64,000 nt of DNA, taken from positions 25,420,001-25,484,000 of the forward strand of contig CM022670.1 of assembly GCA_012295275.1 (NCBI GenBank), given 5' to 3'. The position numbers were made by a program, and so were the translations under genes. The notes beneath the pieces were generated by a model. That model ran no database searches and was not told the origin of the DNA. It worked only from the letters and a program-made list of their open reading frames with translations. Source of the stretch: Chrysomallon squamiferum (Eukaryota; Animalia; Mollusca). Shown piece by piece: positions 12,301 to 27,429 of the stretch; the stretch's first letter is position 1; every line of letters begins with the position of its first letter.

Positions 12301-15300
12301 GTTTTGGTCTTATTTGGAAAATTTAACCAGTGTTGTGAACAATTTGTCAAGATCTTTCAAATGACATACTTGAGTTTAACATTTTTAATAAAAAAAAGTT
12401 TTTTGTTTTTTTTTTTCTGCCAAGCCCATAAAAAAAAATACCTTTTCAATTTGAAGTAAAAATGTGAGTCAATGCACTGTTCGGTCCACAGCAACCATGA
12501 ATTTCTTGGCACTGTAAGCCCCAAAACTTTGAGAAAACAAGTTGGGGTAGTTTCAGCAAGAATTAATTAGAATTTAACATTTATTTGTTGTTGTTTATAG
12601 TTTAAAGACCAGCTGATCTGCCATTGCTGCAGTCATTGAAAGAATTACTATTATTATTCTTTTTTATTTATTGCTTAACATATGTTTGAACTTCAGATGC
12701 ATTTTATTTTAGAGTCATATTGCATTTTAAGATAATTAAATGATACAGGAATGATACCTTTGTATAGAGCAGCACAATTTATTTACAACATTCCATTAAA
12801 TAATTAGTAGTAATAAGTTAAGATGCTGTGATGTGTATATATCATATATATGTGTGTGTGTGTGTCACTTAAAAAGACTACAAGTATTTGATGTTTATAA
12901 TCTTCTGCAATACATAAACTCAGCTAATCCTTAGAGTACTCAAGAAAGGTGTTGCACATATTAATTAGGGGCAATGTGTGTAATCATGAGACTAGAGGCA
13001 ATTAAAGACACAGGTGTGATAAGTCTGTCATTTGAAGCAGACATAAAATAATTTTATACGCTTTGTACTTGTTGTGATTTGACAGCAAACAAAAGTTTCC
13101 TTTCATCTGGCCATTGTTGAAATTTTCTCTGATACATCTTATCAACAAGTTAAAATAATCTAAGTTTTAAAACTGATCAATTTATGATTTTATGATATTA
13201 AAAAAAAAGTGATTAGTTCTTTATTCAGTATTCCATCAATACCTCTGAGTACATTGTTCTGTTATGTAGTATAGTTTGTTATGTTTACAATTCTTAATTT
13301 GCTGTTTATCGCAAAAAATTTGAAAGCAAAACAATGGAAGAGAGTAAACAGCAAAACAATGTTAATTCGTTTATTTCAGTACATACTCATATTATCTACA
13401 ATTAAAGTCATAACATATAATAAAACATGCATCCTTCAAATTATTAAAAATAATATCAACATAGAAATACAATCATTCCAAATAGTGCCAGGTCTTTTTA
13501 GTTGCACGTAAATCTATGGCAGTTTGGCCCAGTAGGAAACAATTTACAGCAATTTCGCTAAGCACATGCTGTAATGTATACACTGAAAGTAGGAACACTG
13601 AAAACAAAATGTACAGACAACATATAAATATAATCGTTTTAAACAGTGCCAGTCCTTTCTAGCTGTACCTAAAATCTACGGCGATTTCACTATGTAGAAT
13701 ATGTAACATAATGGCGATTTCACTAAGTATGTTCTACTTTCAAATGCAGAGCTGCTCTACACCAAATAAGGCACACCGTACTGTCGCACATTGTTTGAAA
13801 GGTAATTGAATGAGCTTTCGTTTGATGCCACGAATATAGTTTTTTTTTTTTCCAGCCATTTTTTTTTTGAAGGCAAGAAAAACTACATTTTTGGACACAT
13901 CTTTTAATATACGTCATTGCCAGCAACAATATGCACACTGTTAGAAAGATCGAACTTTGGCCCTCCTATTTGTGCAAAAGATAAAACCATTTTCATGTAG
14001 ACAAGCCAAGGATTTGTAGAGCGACCCTATTTTAGGACTTTGTATTACTCCACACTGTTAATTGCTGACCACGGACACCTGAATGTGTTTATCCCCACTG
14101 CTTTTATACTCTCATGCAAAGGACTGATTCAACAGCTTTGATCAATTATATCAGCTAGGCTGCCGTACCTAATTGAGTGATTCATTATAGTTAATAATGC
14201 CTTGTTATTTCCTGTAGATATTTTATTGTTTTTAATACTTAACATGTTTGGATTGATAATGATGTTCAAGATTTAAAAAGATAATAACAATAATTTTTTT
14301 TTTTTTTTCAATGTACTCCAGGTTGCTTGTGGAAAGAATACTAAATATACATCTGGTTCCATATATTCTTGATCCAAGTGAGAAAATGAAAAAACTTCTT
14401 CAGTTGTTTGGAAGTTTAGATGAAAAGGCTGTCAAGTGAGTACTTTCTATCTGTTGCAGAGAATATTTTGATTTAGTCATTAAATAAAAAATTAAGTTAC
14501 ATAATAAGTATTGTCAACAAAGACTATCATTATTACAATGATTTATTCAATTTGGTATATGTTTAAAAAGTGAATATGTTAATTAGTTTTGTTTATAGAC
14601 TGAAAATATTTTTCATGTTAAATGCATTTGTCATTAACACAATAGCTAAATTCAGATGGTGAAATTATTGGACTTAGAAATATTTACATTCGTCCATAAA
14701 TATTTCTTAAGCTATAAAAAAACATTAATAATTCTTAGCTTTTTAGTTATGTTAATGATTCTTTTTCTTCACTTTTGCAGGGCTTTCAAAGAAATGCTTA
14801 AGCTCAGACAAAGGTTTGTAGATGTAAATTTAGCAGGACATTTTTTTTTTTTTTCATGTCAGATATCATTAATTTAACAGATTTCAGACTTTACTAATTT
14901 TATTGTTAGTTTCCTTTCAACAACAGAATTCCTTTTGTACTCCTTTTAATGATACTCCAACCTTTGACTCGTAAATTGTGTACTGGTGGCTGCAGGAAAA
15001 TTCTTGTAAATAGTTCCTGCAGATTGTTAAGAGTTACTGACATAATGATGACAGCACGTTTTCTACACTTATTGTTTCTGAACCATTGCCGCAGATAACA
15101 CAAACTGGTTTATCCCTCTTTTTTCTTTTTTCATTTTTATTATTTTTTTTTTTTTTTTAAATTTAACAAAATAATTGGTATAGGTCAGAGAACAGTGTTT
15201 CTAAATTAGCCAAAGATGATAAATAAAGATGTGATTTTAACATGCTTGTGAGAGGAGAGATCTATGAGCCAATGACGACTTGACAACAGTCAAAAAATAA

Positions 15301-18300
15301 TATGTTGAAGTGTCTAATAATGAAATGCACAACTGTTTTTGATTCTTAACATTCAGCAAGGCAGTGTTATTGACTGACAGAGTCGTGTTTTGATCTTTCA
15401 GTGTAAGAACGTATGTAACACAGCTGCTGGAAGCCTTGGAACCTCAGGCTGCTAATGCCCTTCCACTGATACCTCGCTTGACTGCATTAGCTAGTAAGTT
15501 CATTACCTTTCTGCATAAATAGGTTAAGATATTTTAAGGTTATGGTAACATTCACTGTATTATTAAGTCTATATATAAATATTAAAAAAATGTTTACTTT
15601 CCTACAAACGGCTTTGAAAGAATTATTAAAGTCCCAGTATGTATGCATGTGTTCAGTATAGGTATTTTTTTTATTATTATTATAATTTTTAAAAAAAATT
15701 AAAATTATTTTTAATTTTTCTTTTTCTTTTTTTTTTTTTTGATTTATGATGTGCAGTTCTATTTGCATAGCCATGTTTTTTTTTTTTTTTTCTCTTTGAA
15801 ACGAAAATAATAAGTTATTGCATGTTCTTTTTCCAAACTGTTATTTGCTTTACTATCCAAAACTACTTTGCTGCTATATTTAAATACCAAAACACATATT
15901 TTAATTTTCAGGAACCTTGCCAGAAAGTCAAAAACCTCAAGAATATATTAAAAAGTTTTGTCAAGTTTTAAAAACTGACCAGAGAATGAGAGGTCTGCTG
16001 AAATTGCTCATTGGTTCAGAATGTACCTGCCAGAAAGCTGAAAATGCAGTGGTCAGTATTTATTTAATATTATATAGAAAATTTATTTAAATTTTCTTTT
16101 CATTGATAATGTTAAGCTTATCACTTTCTAATGTTTATATCATCTGAGTATTCATATAAACTCAAATATTGATTTGCTTTATACAGAAAATTCTTTTTTT
16201 TAATTATTGTTATTATTGTTTTTATTGATTTACTATAACAAAATTGGTAATATTGAAAAATTTGATTACAGAAAGAAATTTTGAAAAGAATTGGTTGTAA
16301 TGTGGGTCAGCCCAACTACTTGTACAACCTAGTAAAATCTCTGCTGGAGCGCATTGCCCCGGTCATGATTGATGCCATTGCTATTGAAAAACTCGTAAAA
16401 CTCATTGACCAGGTTCTTAATGGGCTTAGTGACTGCATGGAAGGTGTGGAGAATGCTGGAGAAAAATGTGTTGAATTGCTTTATGTAAGTTTGAATTTAT
16501 AGATTTCTGGCAGTAAGAAATAATATACTGAATTAATTTAAAACAAAAAAAAAAGAATTGCAAGATGTTAAAGTTTATCATTTTAAGTAAGCATGAGTAA
16601 ATAAATATGTATTACTGTATAATGGTTGCTTTTACATAACTCTGCAAACACAGTAACATTATATTTGTTGTCCCAATTCATGAAATTTGATTTTATTTCA
16701 TAACTATTTGCTGATCCATGTTTCAGTTGCTATCTTCCTGCTATCCATACTATTTCCGAAGTGCAGAAGTGTTTGAAAAGCTCCTGACATTCCTCAAGCA
16801 TGATGATGATGCTGTTTGTAAGTAACTTGAATAGTCCATTAGTGGGAAAAAAATTCAAGTAGATTAACATTGTCACCTTACAGTTAGTTATGTTTTATAT
16901 AATGCGTAAATGTGTTCTTGTCACCTGTTCATAAAAATAAATATTATTTTATTGTTTTTAATTTTTAATTTTTTATTTTTTTTTTTCTCTATTTCTTTAT
17001 TTATGAATTTCTTTATTTCTTTATTTTTAGAATTTTTAATTGTTATCATATTTAATCATATCTGATTTTTGTTTACAGGTGATATTACCTTACAGATACT
17101 GACCAATACTGGCAGCAGAATACAAAATAATCATCCAAATATCTATTCGTAAGTTATTTTTTAAGATTTGTTTTTAGGCATAGCCATCTCTTTAATTTAA
17201 CATTGATTACAGAAAAAAGTGCACCATCAATACATTTCAACTACAGCATTTTCTAACTGGTTTTTACTGGGAGTAATATATATATATTTTATTTCAATGA
17301 ATATTTTATTAAGTCTAAAACAAAAATCTTTTTTATTTCAATATAGATATGCAAATGTGGAAATAAATTAAATTGCCCAGAATCAATTTTTACTCATCTT
17401 TTTGGAAATGTTTCTGAAATCTGTTTAAAATGATTAAAATGGTAATTTAATAAGCATTTCATGACGCTGGTGCATTTAATACTGATCTGTTTTGAAATTA
17501 TCATGTTTCTGTTTAAAATAATGACTATGGTATTTTAATAAACATTTCAGGAGTCTGGTCCCACTGTTGGTGAGTACAGCAAAGATGGGTAACCCAAAGC
17601 AGACAAAGCATGCAATCCGATGTGTGAGTCAAATCTGCAAGGACAAGGAACCAATCCTCAGCCAGGTTTTTGAGGTTAGTTTTAATCTGAGAGTACTTTA
17701 GATAATATTTTGTGTTTAAATAGATGATGTAAATGGTGTACATTCTTATGTTAAAATCATTATGACAGTCAGAAAACAAAATTATACATTAGGATAAATT
17801 AAATGTGTAAATGATAATGAAAGAATGAATTTGACACATCATTTAATTATTAATACCAAAGATTATGGATTGTGTAAATTTCTTTATGCAGTACAAACTT
17901 TTGAAACTTTCTGACATTTGTTTTTGTAGGATTATTGTGAACTTAGAATTATTTTTTTTAATTTTACATTTTTTACATGTAAGTAAATGTAAATAAATAT
18001 ATATAAAATTGAATATTTCTGTTACATTCTAGCATGTGAAGAAGAATCTAGATATAGAATCAGCTAACTACATCACATCAATAGTTGCAATGGGTCACAT
18101 TGCTATGCTGTGTCCTGACAAATTTTCAGTGGAGATGAAAAGCATAGTGTCCAAAGTCATTGTGAAAGATTTGCTGATGCAGGATAGGGTAGGTATTTCA
18201 TAATAAAAATTGACAATTGTAAAGTGTAGATAACCAGCTGTTATTTTATATTTCTAGAAGAAATACATTATTAAAACATAAAAGCCACAGAAGGAATGAC

Positions 18301-21300
18301 ATGTGATTACCCAAACGTGTACTGTATTTGAATCTCATTATTTTTTTTGTAGACTGAGGGTATTCCTACAGAAGAAAGTTGGTATGCTAACCATTTGGTT
18401 TCTGAGGAAACTCAAGCAAAGGTAGGTTTCATAAAACATGTATATATTACTTTTTTTTTAAATGTTTTTTTTTTATTCATTAAATTGTGATTAAAAGCAT
18501 TTTTTTTCTTAAGAGTTTTCACTAAATACATTTGTTTTGTTCACATTTAAGAGGAACTGTTGAAGGAAGCTTCAATCAAGCTGTTGAATAATTGCAAACA
18601 TGACTTAATTTATGTTATTTTTGACAGGATTGTTACCATATGTTAGCCTCTCAGGTCATTATTTCATACTGTGTTGACTGTCCTGTCTGTTTTTTCACCC
18701 AGGTACAAGCAATGAAGATGTTGGTGCGATGGCTGCTTGGTATACGATCAAATGCTCAGAATTCAGGCACATCCACATTACGACTTCTCTACACTGTTAT
18801 CATTCATGAAGGTGATCTTATGGAGCAGGGTGCTATAAAGTAAGATTTTCATATCATCAGCACAAAATAGAAAAATATAAAATTTATCTTGTGATGTTGT
18901 ACAATATCAAACTAAGATTGACAGATTTTAAATGAAAGGAAACTTAAATTATAAATAAGAATCAAGGAAATCATATAAATATCTGACTCTCAAAAGATGC
19001 TAAATTTATCAGTAAATCAAGGCATTTTGTTAGCTGACCACCAGTCTGATACATTGACAAATGTTGATGGAATCATTTTATGTGAATGTTTATGAAATGC
19101 TTGTTGTTTTATTGAAAGGAGATGGAGCTCGAATTTCATATTTTAAATTGCTTTCAGTTTTGATATTTTCAATTTGTTTCATTTTCAGTAAACCTGAACT
19201 GGCCAGGTTAAGGCTGCAGGCAGGATGTTCTATGTTGAAACTAGCTGAAGAACCATGCTTTGCAGAAATAATCAGTCGAGAACAGTTCCAGGCATTAGCT
19301 TTGCTGATAAATGTATGTTGCTAGACTTGCATTTTATTTTGCAGTATATTCTGTAATTTAAAAAAAAAATTGTGAATTTTCTCTAATGAATCTGATTTTC
19401 AGGTTGGATTCCCAGTAAAATTTAATGAATTAAATCCAGTATTTTCTATAGGAAATTTAAAATTATTATTCCTTTTTGAAGGAAGGGAAAAAAGAATTAA
19501 AACAAATAAAAATTATCTCATTAGTTGGATAGGTACTTGTATTCATTTAACTGAGAAATAAAAGCCTTTAACAATTCCACTGTTAGAATGTGAATAAGGA
19601 TGGTATGATATCTTATTGGACTGGTGAAAGTATAATACCAGAGAATAATTTAATATATTAAGACTTACATTTGTCTTTTGTAGGACACATGTTATCATGT
19701 GAGATTAAAATTCTCATACAAACTTCACAAAGGTTTGGTGTCAATGAAGCTCCCACTTGAGTATATGAGCATTTTCTCCCTCGCAGCCAATGACCCTCTG
19801 AAAGAGAGACGAGTCCAGCTGAAACAGTTTCTCAATGTCAATATAAATAAGAGACGAGAATTTCTCAAACAGAATCCAGGAGCAAGAAGTAAGTTAAGTC
19901 TCTGGCTTTAGACAGCAACTAAGGAAGTTGTGGCCAGCAGTGTTGTTTTGATTAATTGTTGAGTTATTTTTTTTTTTTTTTTAAACATCCCAAGTTCAGT
20001 TCTGTTCAGGTATTAAATGTTTTATTTGAATTGAATTTAAATGGCCTTGATTAGCAACTATTTCATTATAGCTTTAATGCAGCTAACATCAAATGTAACA
20101 GAATTTAAATTAAAATTACACTGTAAGAGAGGGGAAACAAAGAAACTCTTTGTATCAAAACAGTCTCTTATTGATAAATAAATAATTTCATTTTTGGAAC
20201 ATATTTGATTTATTTTAGATAAAATGCCAGCTATCCTTCCAGACTATGTGATACCATATAGCATTCATTTGCTTGCCCACGACCCTGATCTGAAGTCATA
20301 TGACCATACAGAAGCATTACGAAACATCAAAGAGTAAGAATATCTTTGGGTCTGTTTTTACTTTTGTATCAGTTTATCCATGAGCTATCAAACACTTGAC
20401 AGTTAGCTAAGAAAATGTCATAACATTGATCCAGACATCTTCTAATCTTTGTTGGAATTTGTCACTTTCTCTTTATTAAATTATTATTAGCCACATATTT
20501 TTATTTCTCCTTTGTTTTATTTTTCTATTCTTTTTTAAGTATCAAACATTGTTAAAATCAGATAAATACTATTTTCTGTTCTGAACGTGGCAATTTTGTG
20601 TTTCAGAACAGTAATCAGAACTGTCTATACAGAAGTGTTTCTGGCATGGATGTTACATTTTACGAGTCATAACTTTTATTATTTTATATTTTAGATGTCT
20701 CTGGTTTGTGATGGAACCACTGATTGCCAAAAGTGAAGACTACAACTATGCATTTTTCCAGCGAATGATTGAAGCCATTAAACAAACCAAAGATACACAA
20801 AATCCAGATGATGAAGAAACCAACAAGGTATATTGAGTATTGCTTACAGTAAATGTTTGAAATAATAAAATTAGTTATTTGTGGAGTTAAATATGTCATA
20901 ACAAATTGATTTCTGATCTCTTAAGTAATAATGTAAAACTTAGTTACTTACTGATGGACATTTTAAAAAGTTTACAGTTTACGTTTTTATCTTCTGTTGG
21001 CCTGTTTCATTGTCATTTATTTTGCATGCCTGTTTAATAATGTTCTTATAAATATCAGGATATTTTAAAATAAAAATTGAGTTTTTATTCCATTGCTTCT
21101 CTCAATTCCTATTTTGTACTTTTTTAAAATTTTTTTTTTATCATGCTGTTTAGAAACTGTATGCTGTTTGTGATATTGCCCTTGGCCTTCTCATGGCAAA
21201 AGCAACCAATGTCACATTGAAAGATGTGAATGTTGAACCCTTGCTGCCCACCAAACTGTTCACAAAACCAGATAAAGTAAGCATTCAGCACATTTTTCTT

Positions 21301-24300
21301 GCTAAAATACATTTAAACAGAAAAACTGATTTATTTGTTTGGTATTTTAATTCATTTTAGTAGTGTTCACAGATGATCAGTTCAGGGGAATTTGCCAGGA
21401 TTATAAATATAAAAAATAAAAATTTGAAAAAATAATTTCCATTTTCTTGCTTTAGTTCCTTATAACCAAAGCTTTGATCTTGGAGTCCAAATTATATTCA
21501 GGCTTTTAAACTATTTTGGAATGGTCAGAATCATATTAAAGTATTATATAACAGCATAAATTCCTGTTGAAATAAGCACTAAGTGTTATGATGAATGCAA
21601 AGGTTTTCTGCATTATTTTACTCATATTTTATATTAGATTACATTTTGGCTTTGTACTGATCTTGTTAATTTGTGATTTGTATTTATTTCAGTCATATTC
21701 CAACACAAAAAGCTACCTGCCCAAAGATTTCAAGTTTGATGGTCCCAAGGTAAATAGAATATGGTTAATGTTTCAACATACAATGCCTTTAACCAATATT
21801 TTGTGTTCATTTTAATTGGGCTTTTTATAAAATGGAAATTCAGTATTTATAAAATTCAGTATAGAATCAAAATAGGTACCTTCTAAATATCTGTGTAAAC
21901 ATGTAATTATATATATTTTGAGCTGAATTTAGGTTTAATTTGATGGTGGATTGCCACAGTCTTAGATTTCCTGTTTCACCCTGTTTTTGCTGAGATGCTT
22001 TTGTAATAATTGGTTACATAATGTATTCAGACACATAATGTGTGTGTGTGTGTGTGTGTCTGTATTTTTTCTCTTTTTTTCATTTAAATCTTTAATTTTT
22101 AATTTTTTTAAAATTATTATTAACAGAGAAAAGGTGTCCAAGCTTTGATTGATGGTCCAAGCAAACATTCTGCAGAGGTTATTTTAGTGGAAAGCCCTGG
22201 ACCTGTTGTCAACCCGTCATCACGCAGTCCCAGGGTGTCACGAAAACAGTGGTGAGCATTTGAAATGTGAATTAAACAAACCATAATTGAGAGTGGGGAA
22301 TAAAATAAACTAGAAACAAGTCACCTCATTCTGTCCATTAAAAATAAGTATTTCTTAAACTTGTGTAAATATGTAACAGAGATGGCTTTCTGCATCGTTT
22401 AATTGTTTCAGTTGAAAGACGTGTGTGACATTTTAAAGTTGCTTGGAAATTTTATTTTTTTAATTATTTTTTCTAGGGAGAAACAGAACCAAAAGAAAAC
22501 TCAAGCTGATTCTGACAGTGATTCTCCAGATCAGGCAAACGAAAGTCAGACTTCAGAAGAACCAAAGAAAGGTCGTGGAAGGCCTAGAAAGAATCCAGCC
22601 ACTGTTACAAAACCGAAAAAAACCGCTAAGAAAGAAAATGCTCCAACATCAGAAGAATCTCAGCAGTCGGAGGAGCCTGACCCGTCACCAGCTGTTGTCA
22701 AAGCTGGAACACGGCAAACTAAAATTGAAGACTTTGGTGTCAAAAGTTCATCCACAAAAGATCAGGAACAGTCCTCTTCAACAGAGAAAGAACCATCTCA
22801 AAAATCTCTAGTCAATGGTGCAGCTAAAAGTTCTTTAAAAATGAAAAGAACTACAAAAAGTGATAAAAATTCTTCAGACACTAATGTTAAAAGTTCAGAC
22901 TCTCGAAAGCGCCGACTGAGTGCTGATGAGTGTTCAAGGGCAGCTAAGCATTCACGAACTTCACCATCAGTGGAAAAAGATTCTCCGAAGTCAGAAGACT
23001 CGCCATCAAAACTCGCCTCACCTGGGTCATCCACTAAAATTGCAAGATCTGTTCACTTAGGATTAAGAGATTCCAAGTTAGTATCTTAATTCGTATCATG
23101 GTTGTCAAGTTTTATTATTTAGAAATGTAGCTTTTATTCTATGAAACTAATGCAAGTAATAAACCTTGAATGCATTATAATTAATAACCTCTCCCCCAGA
23201 TTTGTAACTAAGCTTGTTAAATGTGTCAGTTAATAATTTGTTACATAATGTGCTTGTTAGTAAATGATGAATTAATGTAATAAATAATCTAAGTCAGCAT
23301 TTTGTTCTTTCTGTATGAAATAGATCAGAAAAATCTTATTTTGTTATGTGAATACTGTCTAATAACGACTGAATTTAATTAATTTTTTTTCATGCCATTT
23401 AGAAATTGATGGTCGGACTAAGTATTCTTCAAAATAGAAAATGGACCTGGTTATTTTATTTTATATATCATAATGTCAAAAAGAAACCAACAAATAAAAC
23501 TTCTTTTTTTTGTTTGTTAATGATAACAATATTGGTTATGAAAATATTAGTATTTAAAATTCTTGATAAAAGAAACATTAATGCTTATAAATAAGTAAAT
23601 ACAGTTTTATTATTATTTTCGTAAATCAGTAAATGAAACTGTTTAAAACCTGATCATTAAATGAAAACTGACACTGAATTTAAAGTTTCAAAATGGTTGC
23701 TCTGTAATAAGTTTGACTTAACTGTTACTGTTGAGGTAGAAAAAAAATCAACCACAAATACTGTTCCACTTATAAGTTAACTACACTGAGAGGAAAAAAG
23801 AAAAGAAACAAATTTGAATTCTGTTGCAGTGTTGTTAAGAATTTGCACTCAGATTTAAGTGACACTGAGACGTCCATGGATAGTGTATCATCCCGCCAGT
23901 CGTCAAGGAAACGACAAGCATCATCCCCATCATCTCCTCATTCCTCCTCCCAGTCTTCACAGGAATCCAGTGCTCAGCCACCACCACCTAAAAAGTGAGT
24001 GCATGTTACTATGACTGGATCACGAGCATGAAAATATATTTTTAGGTTGTTTTTTTTATTTATTTATTATTATTATTATATTATGCTATTCTATTCTTTT
24101 CTTCAGTTTTTTTGCCCCATTAAAAAAAAAAAAAAAAAATGGTATTTATATTTAAATAATTAAATAGCTAGATCTTTTTGCGTTAACCTGACACACAGGA
24201 TCAAATCTCTGTTTAAGTGCTCATTTACTCTTCCACTCCATTGACACCTGTAATTGTCAATAAAGATAGAGATATCTTAAACTATGTAACAGGATTATAC

Positions 24301-26197
24301 AACAAAATATTTAGTAAACTTTTTTCTTTTCTTTTTTTTCACCTCTATTGAGCACTGAACTGATTAGCAGCTTTTGGGGATCTTTTTTTTTTTTTTTTTT
24401 TGTGTGCTAGCTTTAACATTAAAGTGAATCAGTAGTTTAGTTTAACCTGCTAATATCAACATGATACTTTCATGCTTGTGTTCACATGATGGGTTTTGTT
24501 GGCAGTTTGTAGCAAATAGTGTGGTTTTGGTATAAAGAAGATTTTTTATTTATTTTTATTATTTTAAAATTTTAATATTTTTAAAATTTATTAATTTATT
24601 TGTGATGTTTTAATCAGGTTCTACTTTTTAACTGTTATTATTATTAGTAACAAACTTACAAATGCTGTTTAGACTTTCTAATATAGTTTATTTCTTTAAT
24701 AAGGTTATAGTATAAGTTATTTTAATATTTGTTTTTTTTGTTGTTTGTATTAACATTTAAATACAGTTCTTGTTCTAAAGATCTGCATAATCAAAACTTA
24801 AATTCAGGGAGCATTAATTTTCTTTTTTTCTTTTAAAAGTGTAAAAAGCTTTAAGAAGAGAATAAGATTTCAATTAAAAACTATATTAAAAAAAAAAGAA
24901 GAAAATAGAACAGTTAATTTATTTTTTACATAAAAATCAGCATGTATCTGTTTCAGGGAAAAAATATTACGGATTGTACTCCGTAAAATACGGTATATTA
25001 TTTCACTATAATATATATTTTTCAGCTTTTGGAAATATAATTTCACTAGTTTTATTTTCCTTTTCTTTCTTTCTTTCTCTCTCTCTTTATTTTTGGAACA
25101 TAAAGTATCTGCATTCATAGCTCATGAAATCATCCTGCTCTAATTTAATTATTTCATGGCCTGAGAAATTTGGTGTCTTATTTATATTGGATACATTATT
25201 TATTTAACAGTTTCAATTATTGGTGATGGTTTCCTGAGACGCAGCACATTTGGCTTGATATTATTAACATACAAAACAATATCAGCATTTAATGTTTAAA
25301 ATTTACAGAAAAGGATGCATTTGCAGTTTAAAAGCTATGTTTTTAAATGTAGATATGCCTTTAATCTTTGCAAGAATTTTTTTCTGAAATTACTAGAAAT
25401 TGTAGAAATTAATTCATCTCTCTTTCAAAGATTAAATTACTTCTCAAATTTTGGCTCATAATGGCTATGTTTTTTTTATGTCTGAAGGCATATTCTTAAC
25501 ATTTTTATTATTTGTGAATTTGGCTTGTTTGTTAATTTATTTGTGAAACCTAAATTATTCTTAGATTTTATTTCTTGTTTAAAGTAACAAGAACAGATAA
25601 CTTAACTATATTGGACTTGTGCTAGTTTGTTTTATTACTTAGAACACAGGACATATCTGACATGAAAAAAACCTACAGGCTGGGTAAAAATCCAAATTTC
25701 CAAAAATGGGGCTCAATTGAACTCGAATATTTAGATACAAATCACTAACTCAACAAGACCTTACTTAGCTTTAAAATATTACAAATATTTGTAAAAGATA
25801 ACATTTTTTTTTCTACTGTAACAACATCTTAGTCAAAGACCCTATAGAAATATTATTAAAACATAAAAACAGGACAGCGTTAACAAGAGGAGGCAAAGGC
25901 AGCAGTGATATAGAATCCTCACAGTCTTCAAACAGAGTAACACGTTCATCTCGGGATACAACACCATCAACAGCAGAGTCATCTGCGACATCCCCAACAG
26001 GAAAGGGAGACAACAAGAAGGTTTTTAATAAAAAGGAAACAACAAAAGTTGTAGCTAAAGGAAAGCAGGCTCAGCCAGACAGACTGAATGTTCGCATTGC
26101 GTAAGTCATCATTATTGCTGATAAAAAAAACTGTAGAAGAAAAATTAAATTACAATTATTATCAACATATAAGCAGTTGTTCCTTTTATTTATGTAT

Positions 26198-26232
<35 letters not shown>

Positions 26233-27398
26233 CCAAATTATATAAATTATTTTTTTTATATGAAAAAAATAAATGTAATAACTCTTCATATTAAGAAAAG
26301 ATTAAAAGTAAAATCTTAACAGAAATTCATTTTTTTTTTTTTTTTTTTTTTAAAAGTGACTGGGTAACTCTTGGATTTACCTTAGCTGATGAAGCATCTT
26401 TTCATTTGTTCAGTTGTTACTTGAGATGTTACTTGAGATATACTATAGCCATTAAAACTGAATAAAATTACATTTTTGTTGACTGACATTTTCATAGCTA
26501 TGAATGTAACAGAGAAAAGAAACCAATATCCATCAGAATATTATACAAATTTTTGAAAAAATACTGAGTATTTGAAGAAAAAAAACAATTTCTTTTTCAG
26601 TCGGAAGTCGAGAAGTTTTGCTAATGGTACAAGTGACGGTGATGAAACAACAGGCACAGATTCGTCCATGTCACCTCGAAGAATTGCGGCATTAGCTAAA
26701 GCAGTTCAGTCTGCCTCTAGTGTCTCAGAAGGCTCGAATGTAATTTGTTAGAGTACATTACATTCTAACATAAGTACGATACTGTTAACAATTTAATTCA
26801 GAGTGAATATGTTGTCTTTTGTGGCATAGATGTCAAATGTGGTAATTGAAAGATGCCTATTAATAATTTATTCCCATATATATATATATTGTGTCATCAG
26901 GGTCATATATCGTAGCTCAGTGATACTGTTAATTAAATATCCAAAATTATTTCGATAATTTGTTTTCCCCAAATCCAGTGTTTTTCATCCTAAATCAAGT
27001 CAAATTGTGCTGAGTTCTGCTTGAATATATTTATGTGTATATTTTATTTTTGTTGAGGTATTTGGTAGTGTAAAATGGTGATGGTAGCTTGGATATGGTA
27101 GCACTGACTGCTATTTAAATGGTCTCTCTTGTTTTAGAGTTTTCTGTATGTACTACTAGCAAGAAAAAATACTTTTCTGTTATTACTGTATTTAAAATTT
27201 CAGAAAATAAGAAAAAAATATTTAAACTGGTAACGTTACATATTATAATCTTTATTAACAGATGATGATAAGGAGTTTAAGTAGATAATTTGAAGCATGT
27301 GAAAGTCAGTTTTCTGAACTTACACTGAATAACTAACTATAAAGTTGCTTTATATATCAAATTAATTTACAGATATTTTTTATTTTTTATTTGATTTA

Positions 27399-27429
<31 letters not shown>

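Noticed and set aside
15045-15081. ATGATGA...CTGA as a C/D box snoRNA in a PDS5 intron
   Set aside because: The boxes are only about 35 nt apart, with no terminal stem or recognisable guide.
22403-23089. 228-aa ORF as a standalone gene
   Set aside because: It is the 600-nt PDS5 exon (22477-23076) plus intron read-through.
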